A stretch of DNA of 64,000 bases from Piromyces finnis finn (lineage: Eukaryota > Fungi > Neocallimastigomycota), in NCBI GenBank assembly GCA_002104945.1, contig MCFH01000096.1:35032-99031 (forward strand), written 5' to 3'. Positions 55,926-64,000 of the stretch are shown one piece after another. The notes below the pieces were generated by a model, which was not told the DNA's origin, did not search any database, and saw only the letters and a program-made list of their open reading frames with translations. The translations under genes and the position numbers were made by a program. Positions within the stretch are counted from its first letter, which is position 1. Every line of letters begins with the position of its first letter.

Positions 55926-57880
55926 TGTAAAAGTTTTACTAAACTTATAATTTAATATTAAAATATTAAATTAAATAAAAGGTTAAAAGATAACTAGGTT
56001 AGAAAAAAAAATGTTTTATTAAAATAATCTTAATTGATTTATAAATGAATAATTATATTATGTATTATAGTTAAAATAATTCCTTTTTATTTTATTTAAA
56101 GAATATATATAATAATAAGATTATTTAATAGTAATACTTATTAAGTATTAATAAGATAATAATCTTTACAAAGATTTAATTCATAAAACTATTCTAAACT
56201 ATTTATACTATTTGTAATTTTACATTTAATAATAAAATAACTTTTCAATACATGATTATATTCATAATATATTTTATAATACTTAAACTAAACTTAAGAC
56301 TTATTCCTAATTATTAAAAAATAACTATTGTTTATAATATTCATAATATTAATTATTTCTTAATTATAATATAATTCATTGAATATAATATTAATAATTA
56401 TAATCCTCTAGTTCAAAGATTATAAATTATGTTATTGAAATAATTATTATAAAATAAAGTTAATTAGTTCCGGAAAATAATTTTAATTTAATTAAACAAT
56501 AATTTTTTATACTTTGAGTGAATGATTTATGTTTGATATATCAGGGGTGATCATTCTCTGAATAAACAATTAATCATTGCTAACAAAATATCTTTAAATT
56601 GGAATATCTCGTGAACCAGCAGAGATATTGACATGATTTTAAGATATGTTGTTTGTCTCGAGCGTGGCTTTCTAACGAACTTAATTATAACCAAAATATT
56701 TTTATTCAAAAATCGTCATTCGTTGAGGAGATACGCGTGTTTTTTCTTATTCCATTTTAACGATAAGGGTTAAAGTTATTTATTATAAAAATTATTAAGG
56801 GTTAAGGTCATATTTTAACCTTTTCTTAATTTTTAAATATTTCTTAATAAAATTTTATAATTTATTTGAAAATAAAATATTTGTTGATTTTGAATTTTCA
56901 TAAGTGATTTCACAATTCCAAGTGATCTTGAAATTGTAATTTCACTAGTATTCGTGACATCGCTCCGCCAAAAAAAATCGAATACCAGGCGATTGGAATA
57001 ATATAAAATAAAGTTGTATAATAAAGTATAATTGAAATAAATTGAAGTAGTATATATTAAATATAAACCAATATATAGTTGTATGTGTAACATGAAATAA
57101 AATGGTAACTAAATAAAGAATATATTAAATATAATATGTTGAATATATTGCAATATATGAAATAAAATTAAAAAACATTTTCTTGTGTAACATTCAGTCA
57201 AATTCATAAAATTTTTGAAAGAAATGTTGAAATTTAAATTGATCATAGAGTGAAAAAATTGAAATTCGTACGAAAAATTAAAATTTGAATAAGAAATATT
57301 ATTCCTAGGATATTGAAACACTTTTTATTTTTGAAAAATGTTAACATTTGCTAAAATAATTGAAATTTCAAAAATTGATCAAATAAACTTTAATTAATAT
57401 GATTTTGAAAAAAAAAATTTTTGAAATTTTTGAAAAATTTTTAATAATAAAAAATTTTTTCATTAAATACAAAAAAAATTTTGAACTAAACTTTTTGAAA
57501 AAATGTCACTGAAGACTATTGATTTTAATGATCGATCGAGATGGTGACAATATTGAAATTGATACTATTGAATAGAGAATAAAATAAGCATTAACAACAT
57601 ATAAATATTTGTAATTGTACTGCTAAAATAAATTGAAAATTATTCTCTTTAAATATTTAATTTTCATTATAAAAATTTTGTGTTTTAAATTAAATAAATT
57701 GATAAAATTGTTGGATCAAAAATTATTGAATTGAAATTTAACATTCATAGAAAAAAAATTTTTGAAATTTGTGTTGAAATGTATTAGATGAGTAATACAA
57801 ATTATAATAAAACATAATGTTAGTGAAAGATATTAATAAATTTTTAAAAAAATAAAATTGTTGAAATGCAATTTAAAAAA

Positions 57881-59224
57881 TTAGATTTTGTGTTTTCTAA
57901 TACTTTTATTGAATTGAATTAATAATTCTTGATATCTTGGGTCACTTTCTATTACTGTAGCAGGAACCCAGTGCCAACTTAGGCGGTGTTTATAACGAAT
58001 TTTATATTCGTAGCGTTTATCTTTATAATTTGTCCTAAAGTCACCAATTTCTATAATTTCTGCATTAGTTTCTTTATATTTAAATCTATTTTTAAATTTA
58101 TCTGGCGTAGATACATAAGGTTCAAGTTCTGATATGTGAAATACAGGGTGGTGTTTTGGAAAAGGTGATTTTGAAATATCTATTTTATAATTACCATTGT
58201 TTAAAACTTCTAAAACCTTGTAAGGACCATACTTACGAGGCGCTAGTTTGGCATTTTCAGTAGTAGCAAAAGCAGGAGGTGCATGAATCCAAACTTTTTG
58301 TCCTTCATTCAATTCAGGAGCAATAATTCTTTTCTTATCGGCAGCTCTTTTGTATAAATCTTGAGATCTAAGCAAAACATCTTTAACTAAAAGGAAATTT
58401 TTACTAACATCTTTAATGTATTTAAAGTTTGAATCAGAACCTTGAAACAAAAAGACATCATCCATAGGTGGGTGGAATCCATAATTAATGAAAAATGGAG
58501 TTTGTTTTGTCGATTCATGAACTGTATTATTATAAACAAATTCAGCTAGATGTAACCATTCAATCCAGTCATCGTGGAAAAATGTTCTTGAATAGCAACG
58601 TAAATATTGTTCAATGAAAGAGTTACAACGTTCTACTTGACCAACGGTCTCATGGTGATCTGTGGTAGCTATTTTTGGCTTAACACGCAATTTTTCCATA
58701 ATTTCTATCCATAAAGCACTAGTAAATTGTGTTCCTCTGTCCGTATAAATATCTGTAGGTAGTCCATGGAGTTTAAAAATATTTTTTAGGAAAGCTTTGG
58801 CAGTTTCTTCAGCTGTAGGTATTTCTTTGAACGGAATAAGGTGAATCATTTTTGAAAAGCGATCTACAACAACCATTATAACGGAAAACTTTTTTGATTC
58901 AGGGAGACCACAAAGAAAATCGATTTCAATAGATTTCCAAGGGCGATCAGGAATTTCTAAAGGTCTTAAAAGATCATATCTTTTATGTCTATTAACTTTA
59001 TTTCTGGAACATTGTTCGCAAGAATTGACAAAATTTACGATATCTTGATGCATTTTGGGCCACCAAAAATTACGGTTAATTAGTTCTTCAGTTCTTCGAA
59101 TACCTAAATGTCCAGCAGTAGCGTTATCATGGTACCTGGTTAAAATATATACATGAAGTTTTTCTGGTACATAAATTAAATTATTATATAAAATTAAATT
59201 ATTTTTTATTTTAAATTTTTCCAT
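57881..59224 (-). CDS. pol: Integrase with GPY/F motif and chromodomain-like tail, family F
   Basis: Close homologue of 4865-6220: HHCC, DDE, KYGPY, YEYKIRY..WHWVP. Confidence 0.92.
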   Translation of the reverse strand: MEKFKIKNNLILYNNLIYVPEKLHVYILTRYHDNATAGHLGIRRTEELINRNFWWPKMHQDIVNFVNSCEQCSRNKVNRHKRYDLLRPLEIPDRPWKSIEIDFLCGLPESKKFSVIMVVVDRFSKMIHLIPFKEIPTAEETAKAFLKNIFKLHGLPTDIYTDRGTQFTSALWIEIMEKLRVKPKIATTDHHETVGQVERCNSFIEQYLRCYSRTFFHDDWIEWLHLAEFVYNNTVHESTKQTPFFINYGFHPPMDDVFLFQGSDSNFKYIKDVSKNFLLVKDVLLRSQDLYKRAADKKRIIAPELNEGQKVWIHAPPAFATTENAKLAPRKYGPYKVLEVLNNGNYKIDISKSPFPKHHPVFHISELEPYVSTPDKFKNRFKYKETNAEIIEIGDFRTNYKDKRYEYKIRYKHRLSWHWVPATVIESDPRYQELLIQFNKSIRKHKI

Positions 59225-60747
59225 TTTTCTGAAAGGTCTGTAAAAGTAACCTTGATTAGCATTATTAGGACTAAAGTAAAGATAAATATTATTCGCATTT
59301 TCATCATCCTTATAATTTTCTATTATTTGATCAATGAGAGAACCAACAATACCAACAAAACATGGAGTATCGGGAACGTTTTTATAATCTAATATATGTT
59401 CTGGTTTAGGTTCAACATTATTTTTCTCGTAATCAGGTCTTCTTGATAAACTATCAGGTTTACCATTTTTTCTTCCTTGGCGGTATATTAATTGAAAATT
59501 ATATTCTTGGAAAAATAAATGCCAACGATGTTGACGTTGGTTTCCGACTTTACCACCTAAGGTGTATAGAAGGTTTTTATGGTCAGTAAAAACGGTTACT
59601 TGGTATTTAGCACCTAGTAATAAATGTCTCCAGGTAGAAAATGCACATTTTATAGCTAAAAGTTCCTTTTCAGTAATTGAATAATTTAATTCAGCATTGT
59701 TTAAACATCTTGAATAATATGCTACAGGATGTAATTTGTTATCTTCATCCTTTTGAGAAAGTATACAACCAATGGCAAAATTACTAGCATCGCATTCGAC
59801 AATAAATGGTTTGGTTGGATCTGGATGTAATAAAATAGGTGAAGAGATTAGTCTCTTTTTTAATTCTAAAAATGAGTTATTACATTTATCATTCCAATTA
59901 AAACTAGTATTTTTCTTTGTTAAATTGTGAAGCGGTTTAGCAATAGTAGCAAAATCTTTTATAAATCTTCTATAATAGTTGCATAATCCAACAAAGCGTT
60001 GAACATCTTTTACACAATTAGGTGTAGGCCATTCTTGGACAGATTTAATTTTCTTTGGATCAGTAGATATACCATTGCCTGATATAACGTGTCCTAAAAA
60101 TTCAACTTCTGGCTTGTGAAATTCACATTTCTTTAATTTAGCAAATAAATTATTTTTGAGCAGTGTTTGGAGAACAGTACGAACATGTTGTATATGTTCA
60201 TCTAATGTTTCCGAGTAAATCAGAATATCATCTAAATATAAAATAACAAATTTTTTCTAAATAGGGCGTAATACTGAATTAATAAATGATTGAAATGTAG
60301 CAGGGGCATTTCTTAGACCAAAAGGCATTACTAAATATTCATAGTGACCATATTTAGTTCTAAAAGCTGTCTTATATTCGTCTCCTTCACGAATACGCAC
60401 TAAATTGTAAGCAGAACGAAGATCTAATTTTGAAAAAAATTTAGCACCTTTCACTCTTTCGATAATATCAGTAATTAGAGGAAGTGGGTAAGAATTGCGA
60501 ATTGTAACTGCATTTAATTTTTTGTAATCAATACAAAGACGTAACGATCATCCTTCTTTTTCTGAAATAAAACAGGATAACCAGCTGGAGATTCAGATGG
60601 TCTAATGAATCCTTTCTTGAGATTTCATCTATGTATTCTTAAGAACTTGGGATTCATCTTCAGATAGAGGATATATAGGACCATAATGTAAAGAAGCATC
60701 TTTTTGTAAACGATTTTACAATCCGTTAGCCTATGTGTGGTAGTTTA
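59225..60747 (-). pseudogene. pol: RT and RNase H of family F with several 1-bp indels
   Basis: [14 protein letters not shown] and ECDASN are present. The frame breaks near 60250 and in 60550-60745. Confidence 0.85.
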
Positions 60748-63700
60748 TGTAAAGTCGACACAGAAAGAATAGATTAGGATATCTATTCTATTACAATAAC
60801 ACTAAATTTAAATAAAAATAAAAATGTTTTATTAAAAATATCTTTTATTATAATAGAATTTAATAAAACAATTACATCGATAAAATGATGAAAAATATCT
60901 TCTATTTATATTTTTCCTAAATACATTTATATAATATAACTATTATTCTTATATATTATTATTTAAAATCTACACTAAAAATTTAATTATTAATAAATAT
61001 TAAACTATAACTATTTTTAGTAAAATACAATTGGCAATTCAAATTAAGTACTATTTAATTTGAATATGTGCCCATGTATTATTGATATATTAATCATTTA
61101 TTATTTATCTATTTCTAAAAAAAACAATACTAAAACTAGGGATTTAAATTGAGAATATTAATTTACTTGTTAAAACATTAAAAATAAATTATAATTTATT
61201 TTGTTTTAAACTTTAATTATTAATAAATAAATTATGTCTCATTTTCTTTTTCTGAATATAATTTGTGTAACTTAAACAATAATATTGTGGCTTAAGTTAC
61301 ATTAAAGATATCAAACAGAGGCGTTTGATATCTTTACAATCTCTCTCTCTAAGTCGAGCTCCTGCGAGATTAATTTATAAGGAATCTTTTCTCGAAGGAA
61401 TTTCAATTACAAATGGTTGGTATCTGTGCTTGATTAGATTACCAACTTTATTCTTTCTAATTTTCATGGAGGAGTCGTTCGACTTATATTTTGACTTTTT
61501 AGAGTTCTTTCAAACTCTTGTATAATTGTTTATCTGGAATCTGATCTTCAGAAATCCAAGTGGATTTGTCAAATCCTTTCCATGATAATTATAAAATGTT
61601 TCACCATTAACAGATTTCATCTTTTCAATTTTCTCTGGAATTTTTTTCAATTAAATCTGTGTTAAGGTGAATGTTCCTCTTCCTACGATTAGACCTGTCG
61701 TTAAACATGTTTTCAAAGTATGGTTCTAACAATGAAACATGAAAGACTGGATGACATCTCATTGTCTTTGGAAGTTTCAATTTGAAAGCGAGAGAACTAA
61801 CTTTTTCAATTATCTCAAATGGACCAAGCATTTGAGGTGCTAATTTTCTCTTTAGGTTAGTTCCAGGAGAATCTTTCAATAACCATACCTCTTTCCCACT
61901 TCGAACTCCGGGGAATCATTCTCTTCATATCGGCATATTTCTTATATGTTTCTTTTGCTTTTCTAAGTTTTCTTTTAATAATTTAAAGTTTTCATTCATA
62001 TCAATTACTCTTTGTTCAGCTCTACTAGGTCTATCATTAGCTGGAATTTCTAAGCTGAACTTTGGATGAAAACCATAATTAGCAAGGAATGGGGATTGAT
62101 TTATAGATTGTTGTAAAGTATTATTATATGCAAATTCAGCAAATGGGATAAGATCAACCCAGTTATTCTGCTTTTTATTTATAAAACAACGGAAATATTG
62201 TTCTAATATGCCGTTCACCCTCTCCGTTTGACCATCTGTCTGCGGATGGTTGGCAGTTGATAATGAATGATTGATATTAAGAAGGTCACAAAGTCTTGAC
62301 CAAAAGTCCAGAAGTAAATTGCGAGCCTCTATCAGAAATGATGGATCAGGAAGACCATGCAAACGGAAGACATTAGCAATAAAAGCATCAGCAGCAATTG
62401 AAGCAGTAGGAAGACAACGTAAAGGAATGGCGTGAGCAAATTTAGTAAATCTATCGACAACAACCATGAGAGTTGTCATATCTCTGGACTTAGGAAGATC
62501 AACAATAAAATCAATAGAAATATCAGACCAGGGCCTACTGGGAGTGCCCAAGGGGGATAATAATCCATAAGGCTTATGTCTGGGGACTTTGGATTTGCAA
62601 CAAGTCACGCAAGATTTGATAAAAGATTTAACGTCTGAATGAAACCTTGGCCACCAAAAGTTTCTGGAAATCAGTTCAGTGGTTTTCTTAATACCGAAAT
62701 GACCAGCAGCAACAGAATCATGATGAAGTTCCAAAACTCTTGTCCTAAGAGATTTAGGAACATAAATAAGATTATTATATAACAAAAATCCTTCATTATC
62801 AATAATAACTTTATCAATATTTTTAATAGGTGCATTACATGCAGAACCATTCATTTTAAATTGGACAATAGAATTATACAAATCGTCATTTTTAAGTTCT
62901 AATAAAATAGAATCGATTAACGGTTTGTTATCGCTATGATGAAACGAAATAGTAAGACAAGAAACATCAGAATTAATATTATTCTCTAAATGGTCACTTC
63001 TACGAGACAGGATATCAGGCTTACCGGATTTCTTTCCAGCTCTATAAATGAGTTTAAAATCAAATCTGGATAAGAACAAATTCCATCTAATTTGTCTCTG
63101 AGATAACATTTCAGGTTTTCTAGGAAATGTTAAATTCTTGTGATCAGTATAAATTATGAACGGATGGCGTGCACCTTCTAAATAATGACGCCATTCTTCA
63201 AGAGCAACTACAATAGCAAAAAGTTCCTTGTCATATATAGGATAGTTTCTTTGACAACTCGTCAAACTTTTAGAAAGAAATGCAATAGGATGTAATTTGC
63301 CATCAAATTCTTGAGAGAGAATAGCACCGACAGCATAATTACTAGCATCAGTTTCTACAATAAATTGTTTATTACTATCCGCATGTTTCAGAATAGGAGC
63401 TGACGTGAACAGAGATTTTAATAAAATAAAAGCGTCCTGATCTTCTTTCACCCAGTTAAAAGCAACATTCTTTCTAGTGAGTTTGTGAAGAGGGTTTGCA
63501 ATTTTAGCAAAGTCTTTAATAAAAATTCTGTAATAGTTGCATAAACCAATAAAAGACTGAACCTCTTTAACATTCTTGGGAACCGGCCAATCGAGAATTG
63601 CTTTAACTTTATTTTCATCCATTTGCAATCCATCCTTTGAAATGACATAACCAAGAAAAGTGGTTTTCTCAACATCAAACTCACATTTTTCTAATTTAAC

Positions 63701-64000
63701 ATAAAGATTATTTTCAAGTAGTTTCTTAAGTACCTTTTAACATGCACATGATGTTCTTCGATATTATTAGATAAATAAGAATATCATCAATATATGAGAT
63801 AACAAAATCGTCTAAATAGTCACTAAGGACATCGTTAATGAAGTGTTGAAAAGTTGCAGGTGCATTCTTTAATCCAAAAGGCATAACCAGATATTCAAAA
63901 TGTCCATATCTAGTACGAAAAGCCGTTTTGTATTCGTCACCTTCTTTAATACGAACAAGATTATAAGCGGATTTAAGGTCTAATTTAGTAAAAATCTTAG
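60748..64000 (-). mobile_element. Family I Ty3/gypsy chromovirus-like element, 3' portion, nested in the F pol gene
   Basis: 3' LTR 60748-61338 (TGTAAAG...CTTTACA) preceded by PPT AGAGAGAGAGA. The pol continues past the window end. Confidence 0.92.
61560..64000 (-). pseudogene. pol: Pol (RT-RH-IN) of family I with frameshifts; largest piece 61925-63628
   Basis: [55 protein letters not shown]. Confidence 0.88.

Larger units (their letters stand above)
55926..60747 (-). mobile_element. Family F Ty3/gypsy element, 3' portion (5' part displaced by element I)
   Basis: 3' LTR 55926-56959 preceded by PPT GGCGGAGCGA, integrase, RH and RT. Interrupted at 60747 inside the KLPPHR segment. Confidence 0.92.

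Noticed and set aside
60250-63760. Programmed recoding to explain the many frame breaks in F and I pol
   Set aside because: They are scattered 1-bp indels within conserved motifs, consistent with decay or consensus error.

Overview
Extremely AT-rich eukaryotic DNA. The composition and element types fit an anaerobic gut fungus (Neocallimastigomycota), but the window alone cannot prove this. No host protein-coding gene is supportable. About 95% of the window is a packed array of LTR retrotransposons: at least 8 Ty3/gypsy LTR families (labelled A-I here; these are my own labels) plus one Ty1/copia remnant. The array is anchored on four tRNA genes (Cys-GCA x2 and a Ser-GCU/Met-CAU dicistron) and one tRNA-like A-box/B-box unit. 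Reading LTR termini and target-site duplications (TSDs) base by base shows two integration registers. Families A, C, C', D and E end 11-15 bp upstream of a tRNA 5' end. Families B, F, H and the copia element sit inside those LTRs at positions that reconstruct to about 64-68 bp upstream. Upstream of tRNA-Ser, six successive insertions can be ordered. Other points: (i) four families show Tf1-like self-priming sites and two use a tRNA-Ala PBS; (ii) four families carry a -1 slippery heptamer plus hairpin at the gag stop; (iii) family D is a young Gag+protease-only element; (iv) family C is present as a 6175-bp tandem dimer. All comparisons were done by eye and no database searches were run.
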